Source: Tubiluchus corallicola (taxonomy: Eukaryota; Animalia; Priapulida). From it: a stretch of DNA of 64,000 bases. The notes below the pieces were generated by a model. It saw only the letters and a program-made list of their open reading frames with translations. It had not been told where the DNA came from and made no database searches. The DNA is taken from NCBI GenBank assembly GCA_030141605.1, contig JAQGDQ010000196.1, positions 310,001 to 374,000 on the forward strand, read 5' to 3'. The position numbers were made by a program, and so were the translations under genes. Positions 13,300 through 26,240 of the stretch are shown piece after piece; within the stretch, counting starts at the first letter, position 1, and every line of letters starts with the position of its first letter.

Positions 13300-14440
13300 A
13301 GACAAGAAAAGATATTTATTCAGGATAACTTGTTTGAGCAAAGCTCGTTTACAACAAGGTTCTGATTAGTGCAATGTTTGCAAACACTTTTCAGGCTAAT
13401 GCCAAAAGAAACATATATTTTGAACAAAAACAAAACGCCAAAATTTAAAAGCAGTTCAAAAAGATAAAGTTTAGAATGCACAATACAATTAATTAGAGTA
13501 ACACTCTTGATAAAAATTTTTAAGGTGACCGTTAAACAAGTTAATATTGCTACTGCTCCTTAATTCAGTTGACAAAGAATTCTCTACTTTAACCCTGCTG
13601 TAGTTTAGAGATTTTTGTCCAACTTGTGTTCGGCATAACAGTATTTGCAATTCTGACTGACCTTTTTCGATACTGATGTGAATATTCGAGAAAGTGTTGA
13701 TTTAAAGGGTTTTGGTCACTTTTAAGAATTTTGTACATAAAGTATGCCATTTGCATTAGCCTTCGGATTTCCAGTGGTAACCAGTTTAGTGCATTGTGAT
13801 AATGTGTTCGCATGCGTCACATTTTAAAATAATTCGTGCATCCCTGTTATGCATGATCTGTAATCTGCTCAGTGATGTAGTTTCAGCAATAATGTACTAT
13901 GATAAACAGTAGTCAAAATATGGTAGCATTAAACTGTTATGAATCGGCATTGCAGCAAGTGGAGTGAGATTTTGACGAGTTCTACAGAAATAACCAATGT
14001 TTTTATTAATCTTACTTCTCACGAAATCTATATGCGCTGTAAATTTTAAACTAGAATCATCTATTACACTATGAACTATGAAAATACACCTTTAGAAGTA
14101 TTTTGTGGTTGTTATGGAATTTAGAAGCTTGTTGTCATAAGACAGTTGAATGTTAGGGTCTTCTAAAGATGTAAGTTTTTGATTAGTGCCAAACAGCATT
14201 ACATCGATTTTATTTAAATTTAAAACTAATTTATTTTTGAAGAACCAGTCTGATGCTTTTCCAAGTTCATGCAATAGGACTTTGGTTCTTGTCTGGAGTG
14301 ATTTATGCTGATAGATCAGTACTGCATCATCAGCGTACATAAAACAACCAGCATTTTTGCAATTTTGAGGAAATCATTAATGTACAGGATAATCAAAAGA
14401 GGAATGAGAACCAAACCCTGAGTAACCTCAATTTCAATAT
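13300..14440 (-). mobile_element. 5'-truncated, decayed CR1/L2-type LINE (reverse transcriptase C-terminal half) in an intron
   Basis: Minus-strand reading gives a VTQGLVLIPLLIILYINDF segment (degenerate GVPQGS.LGPLLF.IYINDL), MYADDAVL, WFFKNKLVLNLNK and LNWLPL..RR, with stops and frameshifts. Confidence 0.85.
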
Positions 14441-15085
14441 TACTAATAATGGTAGTAATAATGGTTTGAATATTCGTTTACCACCTGGCTCAATTTTGTT
14501 AGTAAAAATAGTATAAGTTTTGCGATTTGAAACTTTGTGATCGATTTACAGTACGTTGGTCTTAAATTTAAGTTTTTTGTGATTTGGTTATGAAAGCTTA
14601 TTTGTCTAATCTGTTTACGTAATGAGACTGAAAGGCCTATCCATTACTGTCTATTTAGTGATTGTATATACACTGCTGAGAGTATGAAAATAATATATTA
14701 TCATCTCATTTTGCCCTCAGTGCACTGTCTATAGCTTCATTTACTGCACAGTGGTATTTCTGTTGGGTCCTCGTGAATTGTACATGCATTATCTTAATGA
14801 GTCTTCTCAATTTACACCATTATGAGGTTTAATTTATTACAAGTGACCATGCCCTTCTTTTAAGACTAGACGTAAACAGGTGCTGTTCAGTTGCCTGTGC
14901 CTTGTTCATTGTCTGGACTGGTGTGTCTTCTTAGAGAATTATCATTGATAATGATGTAGGATTTTGATCTACTACGATCATCTGTATGGTGCCAAACAGT
15001 ACAAAAATGACTTTTGCATTTTTCATTAAGTGAAACAAAATTTAGCCGAATTTTCCATTTATAATAATTTTTGGTGCTTTTGCAG

Positions 15086-15256
15086 AAAGATCTATCTGAC
15101 TTGGAGGAAAAGTTTAAGAAATCAATGATAACTAATGCACAGCTAGACAATGAGAAATCAACTTTGATGTATCAACTAGATTTACTAAAAGATGATCTAG
15201 AAATGAAAGATGAAACGATGTGTCAATTACAACGTGAGATTAAAGACATGTCTAGG
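15086..15256 (+). CDS. LRRFIP2: LRRFIP homologue exon 5 (coiled coil)
   Basis: tttgcag|KDLSDLEEKFKKSMITNAQLDNEKSTLMYQLDLLKDDLE...DMSR|gtaagt; the NAQLDNEK motif is diagnostic of LRRFIP. Confidence 0.95.
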
Positions 15257-15623
15257 GTAAGTAGAAATTGAGGTCATTTGACAAATTGACACATCACTTC
15301 CTATGTGAGATTAAGGAAACTCGGGTATGTGGAAACCGACATCATTTAAGGAAATGATGTTAGCTACGATTTGAAAATTTAAACTATTTATCAAAGTCAG
15401 GTTACTTACATCATGAGATTAAGGATGTATTTAAGGTAAGTGGAAACTGAGATGAAATGATGTCAGTTACAACATGAGATTGATGGTGTGTCTAAGGTAA
15501 ATGAAAATTGAGACTATTTGACAAAGTGATTTGATTTTATAAGACATTTTTAAATGTAATTATGCTGATGACCGTCGTTGTTGTTTTTTCTTATAATTTT
15601 ATAATTATCTTATCGTTTTTCAG

Positions 15624-15716
15624 GAATACGACTTTGCCAAACGGGATTTAGATTCCTCAAATAAGCAAGTAACGAATCTCAAAGAACAAGTCCAGCATCT
15701 GATCACGTTGATTCAG
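15624..15716 (+). CDS. LRRFIP2: LRRFIP homologue exon 6
   Basis: tttcag|EYDFAKRDLDSSNKQVTNLKEQVQHLITLIQ|gtgaag, phase 0-0. Confidence 0.85.
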
Positions 15717-17132
15717 GTGAAGCCAGCCAGTTTTCACTGCTCTTTTGTTTGCTAATGCAATTCTGGTGTATGATTTTCTGTAAAACTTGATAAAATAGAG
15801 ACACAGAATGTGAATATAATTCCAGTGATTTAATGAACTTGGTGACACCTCTTAAATTAACACAGACACGTGCGCCGGCAGGCGGATGCACTGACACACA
15901 TGCGTCCACAGAATTTCTTGAGAAAAATTTTTTTGTGACTAAATAAAATTTTTTAGCAGTAAACCAAGAAACACATCAACCCCTTGTTATTATTAACAAA
16001 TAATTATTAAATTTTGTGTGAGCAGTGGATGGGCTGTAAACTTAACAGTCTTAAATCGGTTTTATGTTTGACTATCCACATTTTGCTGGATAGATAATCT
16101 TGACACTAAATAATAATTAATAAATTAAGCTTAAGTAATTGGTCATCCACATTCCAAGTGTATTACGAATTCGCTTTTAAGATATATGACTACTACAATA
16201 GAATACAATGAATATTACCTAGGTAAATGTAGGTAAAATATATTTATCTGAGCAGAATTTTTCACATTTGAGGAAGTCTGCGTACCAGAATTTAAATCTC
16301 ATTTGAGGCCTCCAACACAAACAAAATAAACAGCTATTGAGGTGATACAAAAAGGTGTTAAGGTTTGATTACAGTATTCACCTGTAAGTGTAATAAACTC
16401 TAATAATGTGTCAATTCAATTCACATCTCATGTTACATGTGATGATGATTCCCGCAAGGAGAGTTAAAATATTATATTTAAATTTTAAAACCTTTTTTAA
16501 ATTTCCTCTATATCTGTTGCTGTTTGCCTTTTGCCAATGATTTGCATTTTTAGGGCCATTTACAAGTGTTTGAAAATTGTGTTAGTTTGTTATTTATGTA
16601 GTAATTAGTTTTTCGATAGTGAGCCCCTAATTTTTAGATAAAAAAGGTAAGTTCACTCTAATTGGAGTAAAGAAAGTAAAATCTTGCACACACATTTGCC
16701 ATGCCACTTGTACATATTTAGAATGCTGCTTTATTTGGTAAACAGACATTCTACGCTCTTTGCCTGTTTGAGCTTGAGTTTTAGGTATAAACTGCTTTCA
16801 CATATTAAAAAATATGTAAATTATAGTGAAGCTTCATTTATGATCTAAAATTTATTAAAATTTATATTAATAGCTATATTTGTTTACATAGTTTATTGTC
16901 AGCACTTCTCGCTGACAGAGACAACAGAACAGAGACAAGGTTTATTCACTGTGAGAACTAGTGGCATTTCGTAGCTGCTGTAGAGGCATGTAACTTGCTC
17001 AGAGTAATTTCTCTGAACGCTACTGCAAGATCTGTCACGAAATTTGGCCACGCTTACTGATAGAGAGTAACTCACAGCACGTCTTGCTCTCTAATGTCAC
17101 TCGTTGATGTAAGTGTTGTTACACATGTTTAG

Positions 17133-17280
17133 GAGCATGGGCTGGTCCTAGTCGGTGCCGGTGATTCAATGAAACTAGAAGCTGATACCGGACGGGTAAA
17201 GGAAGGAGAGGAGCTGCCTTTAGCAATTCTGTCCCAACAAACTGCCAAAATTTTAGATGAAGCTGGTGATGGATCTTTAG
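17133..17280 (+). CDS. LRRFIP2: LRRFIP homologue exon 7
   Basis: tttag|EHGLVLVGAGDSMKLEADTGRVKEGEELPLAILSQQTAKILDEAGDGSL|gtacag (phase 0-1); HG.V and AGDG.L are LRRFIP-like. Confidence 0.9.
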
Positions 17281-17343
17281 GTACAGTCTTTTATTTTTCT
17301 GTGGTTTTTGCTAGTTTGGGTTTATCAGTTAATTAAAAAAGTA

Positions 17344-18468
17344 TAGGGTGTTCCAAAAAATGGTGTACTAATAAATGCTATAAGCATACAAATATTACAC
17401 AAGGCTGGACTTAGGAGGAGTGGGCCCTACTGAAAACAGTTTTGGTGGTCTTCTCAGTATGTAGAATTATAAAAAGTACAATTTTATATGCTTTATAGTT
17501 TGTATTTTTAATGGAAACCAATTAAAATGTGCACTTAGAAAGCGTGGTGCTTGTGAGTTAATGGACCAACAGCTACATTTTAAAATAAAACTGCATAACA
17601 TGTAAGTCGGATAAGCAGCAAACAAAATGTCTAGATCACTACTGGAAAGTGCATAGTTTGGGGACACCCTCCGATTCCGTCTGAATTTAGCCTACTTTAT
17701 GTTTGGTCACCGAGATGTGCATGTACATAAAGATTCACTAAAGTAATTTCGTCACATGATACTGTTAAAAAATTCTATACCCTCATATCTCGGTTTGCCG
17801 GACAAAAGCGGGAAGACATCGGTCCGAATTTGCCAATTGTCCGTATTTACCGATACTAAGCTAATACAGTAGGGGCTGTGTGTTAGACTCACGGCAATGT
17901 AGAAGCAAAACAACAGATTGTGTCTGTAATATGCGGGACTTTTTAACGGTTCACATTCTGTCCGATTCTTCCAATATCCGTAAAAGAAAGATCCGGCAAA
18001 CCGAGATATGGGCATATGTTTACGTATATTTAAAAGCCCTCGACACTTGGTTTAATTGTTTACGTATGTTTTTTTAAGCATACTAAGTGTAGTTTCTTAA
18101 GTAGCTAAAAGCTACACTAAGTATACTAAATAGTCACAGCTTCGTAAATTAGGAGATAATCCAAAGATCAAGTATACTTACTCTTAATGGGCTTATTCAA
18201 ATTAGTGTCCGTACACTTTACAAACACTTCTACACTTTATGGGTGACATAGAACTACCTCAAATTCCATGCCTAATTGTGGTGCAAAATAAGTTATGTAG
18301 CACACTTTGTAGATGGTCCATTTTATGACTTGTGCTCTTTTCACAGCCCTGGTTGCCCATATTGAAGGTTTAAGCAAAATAGCAAAAATAGTGATGTCTA
18401 TAAAAAACTCAAGATTATTTTCACGTATTGTCATATTTCTACAAAACCGTTAATTTTTAAACACCCTG
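17344..18468. mobile_element. Decayed Tc1/mariner-type non-autonomous element
   Basis: TA-(T)AGGGTGTTCCAAAAAATGGT on the left and ACCGTTAATTTTTAAACACCCTG-TA on the right are imperfect TIRs with TA flanks. A further TIR-like TTTGGGGACACCCT lies at about 17657-17670. Confidence 0.45.
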
Positions 18469-18817
18469 TATATTTTATATTAAATGAAATAAGTACAATG
18501 TTATTATCTTTGTAAAGCTTTCTCTCAACTTATACATAGATATGGCTTATAAAAAGCATCAGATAGTAAAAATTGGTCTCTTGCCTTCTGTATATTGTAA
18601 TTCTAAGTAGTGACAAGTGCTTGTAGTGTACTAGATTTGTAGTAAGTGAATTTGCAAGTTATGTACTATTTAGGAAATGATAGTGGCATTTTTTCATTTA
18701 AGTGGTAAAATATTTGCTGTATTACTAGACTCTTTTTAGTTATTACCTATCTATAGGGTTTTATAGGTGTAAACTGAGCACTTTGTGCCATTTTCAAGTT
18801 TTTTTTTAAATCTGTAG

Positions 18818-18982
18818 AAGAACGATTGAGAAAGTTTGCTGAGGAGAAGAAGGATTTAGAGGATAGAGTGCGTCGTCTTCGTATGACTCTGGAGGAGGAA
18901 AGGGAAGCTAATTCGCAAGCACTGAAAGAGGCTCACAAAGTCTCCATGGCCTTGAACGGTTTAGACGATGATAGAAATCCTC
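18818..18982 (+). CDS. LRRFIP2: LRRFIP homologue exon 8
   Basis: ctgtag|(E)ERLRKFAEEKKDLEDRVRRLRMTLEEER...DDDRNP|gtatgt, phase 1-1. Confidence 0.9.
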
Positions 18983-19224
18983 GTATGTTTTCTACAGCTT
19001 ACCCTATCGACTTGTCTATCAGTGAAGCCAAACATGTCAAACTCTAATTCTTTCACTTTGGACTACCTGCATTTAGTTCATCTCATTGAAGAATTTAGCA
19101 ATGTTAAACTCCAATTCATCATCTCTATAGTTTTCCTGTCTGTCTGTCTTTCTCATTTTACTATATAGTTCATCACATGTATATTATTTACAGTGATTAT
19201 TACTATGAAACTTCTGTTTTACAG

Positions 19225-19292
19225 GTGATTCTGGTGAATCAAGGATAAAACTAATGAAAGCTGAACAAGAAGTAGCTTCGTTACAGTCTAGT
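19225..19292 (+). CDS. LRRFIP2: LRRFIP homologue exon 9
   Basis: ttacag|(R)DSGESRIKLMKAEQEVASLQSS|gtgagt, phase 1-0; KL.KAEQE motif. Confidence 0.9.
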
Positions 19293-19892
19293 GTGAGTAT
19301 TTTTACTGTATTGTAGTAGCAATAGCAATCCGTTGGATTTCGTATTGAAATTAGTGCTTAAATTTAATGTGGTTGAGTTGTAAGTGAAAACTACTTTTAG
19401 TTTTGTTCTTATCCAATGGGATCTATTGTAATTCTTCGCAACTTTGTAATGCTTTACCGTATTTTTGACAGGCTTGGCATTCTTGAATACAGTTTTCATT
19501 TTTCTATCTTGCAGCGCTAGTTTTATTAAAATCTGCTGAGCAGTCGCAATAAATTTTTATACTGTAACAATGTCAAAGTTGTAGCGAAACAGTGTTATGG
19601 ATGGGAAGAATACTTTGCCAAGTGTCCAAGTGTACGTCCAGTAAATAAACTGTTGTCTAGTAAATAAATACAGAGTTAACCTTGGCAGTGAGATAAGTTC
19701 TGGTTCTGGCATAAACAAGCCTTGCCATTGAGCCTTTGATTCTGATTTGCAGTATATAGAATGGTGTAACCTGTTTCTCAGTATTTTGAATGTTGAGGGC
19801 AGTCTTTGGTGAGACTTGTTGTTTTGTTAATAAAACAAAAGATAATATTAATCTGAATTTATAAATATATATTGACTTTTCGTTATTTATAG

Positions 19893-19997
19893 TTGAATAG
19901 AAACGAACGTGATTTAAAAAGGGCGCAGCAACAAGTACAAGAATTAGAACAAGAAATTGATGACCTAAAGACTGATAAACGCAAGACCCAAAGAGAG
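19893..19997 (+). CDS. LRRFIP2: LRRFIP homologue exon 10
   Basis: ttatag|LNRNERDLKRAQQQVQELEQEIDDLKTDKRKTQRE|gtaata; D.LK.EKRKLQRE-like motif. Confidence 0.9.
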
Positions 19998-20304
19998 GTA
20001 ATAACATTTAGTCTGCATTATTGTCTGAGTAGTGACTTAGAATCTACTTTGGGTGGGGTATACTGCACTAAGCAGCCCATTTAATTATGAGATTCTTGTA
20101 ATAAAATGATTGCTGGGTTAGAATCCTCACCACTAGCTGTTTCTAATTCAGCTCTACCTTTTAACAAAATAATGTTCTAAATTAATGCAAATTTTTTAAA
20201 ACACGTGTTTTAATTTGATGTAATGAAAATTGGGTTATGAATAAAATGTCCATTTTATTTGTATTAATATTATTAGTTTAATAGTTACTTTGTCTGATGT
20301 TTAG

Positions 20305-20415
20305 CTTCGCGAAGCCAAATCTCGGATAGAGGAGGTTGAAACAGAAAAGGGTCACTTGCAAAAGCGACTAGACAAACTTAGGAAAGAACGTATTAATGCA
20401 ATGACGAACGGGTGA
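20305..20415 (+). CDS. LRRFIP2: LRRFIP homologue last coding exon
   Basis: tttag|LREAKSRIEEVETEKGHLQKRLDKLRKERINAMTNG-stop; HL.KRL.K motif. The spliced product is about 397 aa. Confidence 0.9.
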   Translation, partial: LREAKSRIEEVETEKGHLQKRLDKLRKERINAMTNG

Positions 20416-22320
20416 AGCTTGATACTGTTGCTGCTATCTTGTGGTTGTGTGTATGAAGTTTACATATGTACACATTGGTGCTGACCATCTGAAGGTTTTC
20501 AAGGAAATGAATTCATTATATTTATAAAGATTGTCTTCCTGATTTGCTTGTGTTTTTCTTCTGTAGGCTATTAATATTATTTTTATGTTACTGTTCTGTT
20601 TGTGTTGCTTGCTTATTTCTAGCTTCCTAGTCTTTATATATAACTATGCATTACTTTCCAGTGAGAAATAACTTACCAAGAGTATGAAAGTTCACAAAAA
20701 GTCCTACTTTAACTTTCAGAAAACTTGCCATGTGATTTGAAATTGTGTTTGACAAATTTGCTGCTTTGATATGCTGTGCTGCTTTAATTGTATTTGCATA
20801 ATTATGTAAATATGTGCCATTTACTGACTATTCGCCAGTCTTGGCACAGCTACATCTCCAGAAGTAAAGTTTGAGAAAAAAAATGTATACTGATGTGCAA
20901 TTATTAAATTGCCTTCTGCTTGTTTCCATACTTCAGTAATGTGAGGAGAACAATGGTAGAGCAAAATAATTTTGCATAAATTGCCATGGATTTAATTAAT
21001 CTGAAATTCTGAATGAAACTGTAGCTTATTCTCATTTCCATCATTATGGCTGAATATCTTCTACAGTATGTGACCATCAGCTGTCCAATGTTGTGCCAGT
21101 CTCAAACTTCGATTTGGGAAGTGCTCACTGTAAAGGCTTATAGAGCAAAAAACAGTCTTTTTCAGAAGAAATAGTTGTGTTTTCTATTATAAATTGGTCA
21201 GAAATCCGACTCAGTTTTTGTTCATTTCCGGTTGTTTGAACATCTGACACAAGTTCAACTTTAACTATTTATATTATTTGAACAGTTTGAATTATGGTTG
21301 ATTGTGTTTTCTGCTCCTAAAAATATTAACCTTCACACTTGAACAACTTTATTGTGCTTTTTCAGCCATCATTGATATCAGTGTAATTTGTAACTAGTCT
21401 TATAAGCATTATGACCTGGTCAGTAAAGCAGCTAAAGTTAAAAACACTATTAAAATGAGTTCTTTGCATTTCTGGCAAATAGCCAACCAGTTAATAACCT
21501 TAATTTCAGTTAGAATCGGATTAAATTAGAAGCCAAACATAGAAAGCAAGTACATGTATATTATTTTGCTGTCAGAATAAGTATTGCAAAATTTGATTTT
21601 TCAGTGATGCTGAATATGCTTTTGAAATATCCAGGATGCTTCACTGGACTTTTGTGAAAGGATATCATGACTTTGTCCCACGTTGTATACATCATTATTT
21701 CACATTTCTGTAGCAACTTGTCCTGTATGTTGAATGTCTCATTTAAGCCGTTTGCAAAAAATGCCGTCCAATTTAATGTCAAAAAGGGATTACAAAACTT
21801 GTTTTTCTTTTATTAGGCAGTGAATGATGCCCGTAGGCTGAAGATTCCTTTACTTTGACATTCTTCGTCTAGGTATTGCATCTATTCATGAGATCTTTTG
21901 CAGCAACTCACTTTAGAACTGGGTTTGAATAAACCATTGAAAAATCTGCTTCAGTACGAATATACTAGCTGTGAGTTGCTGGAGTAAGCTTTGATAATCA
22001 AATCACAGTTTTGTGGGGGTTTGTCTTCGCAACTTTTTTGTCTTGTGTGTTTCTTCTGCTTTATGTAACTACCTGTACAATAGTAATCGTGAAAACTATA
22101 AATGTACTCTACTTTTATTATTTAGTTTTATTATTTATAGTTTGGTTGCCACAGCAATTTTCTATTGCATAGATAGGATACACTGAGGTTGTGCTGTTAT
22201 TAATATTTAAATGAGTTGCAAGTTTGATCATTTTAGACATATGTTGTAAATATTTACCACACTATATGTACTTGTTAGGATCAGTGTGGTTTGTATACTG
22301 GCTTTAACACTTTGTTGTTA

Positions 22321-22376
22321 CCTCACATAATGAGGTAAAAAAATTACCTCATTATGTGAGGATACTAATAAATAAA
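22321..22376 (+). terminator. Perfect 18-bp hairpin followed by overlapping AATAAA hexamers; candidate LRRFIP polyadenylation region
   Basis: CCTCACATAATGAGGTAA (22321-22338), AAAAA, TTACCTCATTATGTGAGG (22344-22361), then AATAAATAAA from 22367. Confidence 0.45.
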
Positions 22377-24841
22377 ATGTTTCAAACATACTTAAAAGCT
22401 TGACTTGAATATTTTACAAAACTGAAATTGATAATCTTCATTTTCTGCTGTGCAAAGAGTGTGGTGAACTTATGACAAAGGTCAAGGGTCAGTATTTAAG
22501 ATACCCTGTGCATGCAGTCCAATACATTTTTGACAAATGTCAAAGGTCGCAGTCCAATAAATTTTTGACAAAAGTTGAAGGTCAAGTTTAATATGTATAA
22601 AATTAATATGAATTTCTGCAGTAGTTCGTGCACTTTTGTAAGAAAATGGGCAATAACAAAGCGAAATTAGCTTAACATAATGTGAGTTATGCCATAAATT
22701 CATATGAAAATGAAGTTTCACTGAAAGGTCATCATCTAAGATGAGTTTACAGTTTATGTATAACATGTTTATTGTTGGATATTGAATAAACATTTGAATA
22801 ATTTCGATCATCCATATGATGGTGAGAACAAATCCAAATGACTGCCTTACCAAATATGCATATCAAGGCAAATTTAACTAACAATTTATCAGAGAATATT
22901 TTACTGATTAAATTATCAGTAATTAAAAATGTAGATACAAAGTGTTGTGGAATCACTAGTATGTACCACATATTAGCTGAGCCCAAGCTCTTTCACTTAA
23001 AAATGGGCACATTGCTCCTGTCTGACAAATAGTTAATAAAAAAGCCCCGTTAATTATGATCACAATTATATGTCTTTTAAAAGAGGCTGGAGCCTTTAGA
23101 AACTGTGTCTTCGTGTACCAGTTACTTGGCACACTTTTTGTGTTCACTAATTGATTACATCTCACATTACTTTCTTTATCCCAATTGCTCAATCCCAATT
23201 TTCCACAAGTAAATATCAGAGTAACACATGTAGAGCCAAATTTTTTCATTGATGCGTTGTAGTCAACCAAACCTGTCGTTTCATAACGTCATCTTCCTTT
23301 TAATCCTAATGCAAGAGCTGTCACGTGCTTTATTATGCAAACAGATCCAAAGTTCATCGTAAGCCAACTGAGTAATGGGGGAGCTTAATGCGTGATTGAG
23401 AGGAAACTGCAGACTTACATCTTATGTATAAACGATTTATTTTTGTGTTTTGTGCATTGTGCTTTCTCAATAATAACGTGGCAGGTATTTTTATGTATGT
23501 CAAAGTTTGGTGTGAACTTAATTACCTTAGTTTTTTTCCTAGCTAACCTACCAGCGGGAATTTATGTAAATCAAGAACAAGAAAAACCAAAATTCAGTGG
23601 TGTGTCTTCTGTTTATTTTCACATAATTTATCAGCACAAATGACATTGCAGTAACACAGACAAGTTTTAAAGGCATTTAAATCAAACAAAAAGTATTGCT
23701 TAAAAGAACTTAACATTCTTCAAGCAAGAGATAATGTAATTCACAGGAAACAATTCTGAAAGGCCTTGTGGAAGAAACTTGACTTATATAAACAGCTGTC
23801 TTCTATTACCATCGTAAAATTGTGAGGAACAGCAGCAAAACGAGTTATTCAAAACAAATGCTGAGGCTTATGAAACTAACGAGCAAAGAGAAGAGCATGC
23901 TTATCATAGTGACAGAAGAGACTTCATTAGCAATTATAAACAAACAATTAGACAATAGAAAAAAGAAAAGACACGGCACTTCAGTACACTATTAGGTGAG
24001 AAAGAGAAACGCAAACAATCAACAATTTTTTTGGATTTTGTAATATAGACACTTCTTAAAAGTGCAGAAAATCTTACCACATGCGAAAGAACACAATTAT
24101 GAAAAATGCACAGATTGGGACAATAATCATGATTCTCATTTATTGTCTAATGTTGTCCAACGACAGAATTTCGTCAGATCTGAGTTCTCGCTGGTACTTT
24201 ATCAGATTCTGGTAGCATATAAAGTAGCTGTGCAAAATCGCGTCACTCGAATTACGGACTTTTTCATATGTATATGCAATAGCTTGGCTTGGCTGGACCT
24301 GTATTTCTAGGTCACAAAGACACGAGATTGCAAAATCAGTTTTAAGTGGAAATGATGAAAATCTGTCTTCAGCTCGCTTTATGTTCAAATTTTCGCCAAA
24401 ACATCGGACAAGCTTTTGTCAAAATTAATGAGGAGTAAGAACTTTGGGTTCACTAAACAATGGATAGCAATTTTACTGAATTGTAGACATCTGTTATTGT
24501 AGAGAGAAACTGAGGCTGGCAATTGGCTTAAGTTAAAACATATGCACTGGTATGAATTGACCAACGTCCACTAAGCTGTTAACAAATGTCATTCACAGCT
24601 TTTGACGTACCAAGAGCAATATCAACAAGCCACTTTTTGTGATGTAATGTCGCCAATATTTAGCCCACTGAACGATGAGAAGTGCTACATCAGTACTAGA
24701 TAAGATGGCATCTGCTACTGGTCAAGATTGCAACTAAATTCTCCAGCTCATTTTAGAGCTCAGTTTTGTAAGCGTTCTTCTGAGGTGGTTGCGTTTTAAC
24801 AGCTGAAACTTTTTGCAGTTATCCATAGAACAAATTGTCAG

Positions 24842-26240
24842 ATGATTGATTCCTGCGCTGACCTGAACAACCCATTAACCACGATTGCTACCCAGATGCA
24901 CAAGATCCAGAAACAGTTCCTTGTATTTGCCATGAAGGCTGGAACGGAGATTACTACGATAGTCAAGGGGCATATTAGAACATGCACGCCAAATGCCATA
25001 GGTCCATCAATTCCTAACTGTAGCTGTTTGGAAAGATGTGGAGACCTATGTGAAATAGACACTGACCCCTCCCTCCCACCCCTTGCCAAAACAGGGATAT
25101 CTGCACAAAAATTAATGATACTTTTTTTGTCTGTATGATTTTGTGCTACTGTATAGAAAAAAGTCCCTGCATCAGCTATGAGAAATGATACCTATATACT
25201 AGATTCAGATGATGAAGCTCCGCCGTTTTGTGACTGTGTGATCCTGCTTAGAAGGCGAATTTTATGTCATTTTTACTCTTTGCCAGGACTACGACTGTGT
25301 TAATGGAGAATGCAAACCAGAATCAAATAATTCAACTTAGCCTCATTGTGACTGCGAAGAAACTTACATAGGAGATCATTGTAATATTGATCTTCTTTGT
25401 AAGCCGAGTCCGTGTGTGAGTGGAGGGACGTGTTCTGATGACTACTATATGTGTGCTATATGCAGGCCAGAATGGGTAGGAAATAACTACAAATATTACA
25501 AATCCTTGTAAATCTGCACCTTGTCTGAAGGTAAAAAATGCACTCAAAATACCACAAATCCATCATTTCCTACAACTGTATAGAAGGGATTTGAGGGAGA
25601 CTTCTGTGAAATGGACATTGATCCTTGTTTGTCAAGTCCTTGTGAGAACAGAGCCCTGTGCACGGAAATTAATGACATTATTAAGTGTGACTGCTTCTGT
25701 GACAATCAGATAATCCGTGTGAACATGGAAACTGTGAACCTTACAGCAATGATACATCGAAGCCACATCGCCACTTTGACGCTGGATAAATGGGTAAATA
25801 TTTTGATCAACCAGTGTGACTCTAATCCATGCCCGCCACAATGACAGGACTTGCTTTGATGTTGTATATCAATATTATTGTCATTTCAGGCCCAGAATAG
25901 CTGGGTAGTAGATGCACCATGAGGAATCCATGTCATAATTCTCCTTGTCTTGATTGCGTCTGCTACCTCAGCCCTAAGAACCTTGTGATGTACATTGTGC
26001 CAGAGAGAAGTACACCAGTTTCTGTGTGATTTGCAGCCACGTCAAAATGGTGGGACGTTCACGTGTACATGCGCAGACGGTTGGTGGGTGAATGATGTGA
26101 AGTGCACTATTCGTGTTTCCCGAATCCTTGTCATTATGTGGTCAGTGAATTGTTGAGGAAAGTGACAACAGCATTGTTATTTGTAAATGTGCTGTTGGTT
26201 GGATTGGCTAATTTTGTGAAACAAGCGGTGGTCCATGTAA
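24842..26240 (+). pseudogene. Decayed tandem EGF-repeat gene (Notch/Crumbs/fibropellin-like repeats)
   Basis: EGF fragments in shifting frames: PCICHEGWNG, GDLCEIDTDP, PCQNRDICT, CDCEETYIGDHCNIDLLCKPSPCVSGGTC, GDFCEMDIDPCLSSPCENRALC, INQCDSNPC, QNGGTFTCTCADGW, ICKCAVGWIG-stop-FCE. Many frameshifts and stops. Confidence 0.85.

Noticed and set aside
21901-21981. 11-bp inverted repeat CAGCAACTCAC/GTGAGTTGCTG as a possible pre-miRNA
   Set aside because: The interior pairs poorly; no continuous hairpin.
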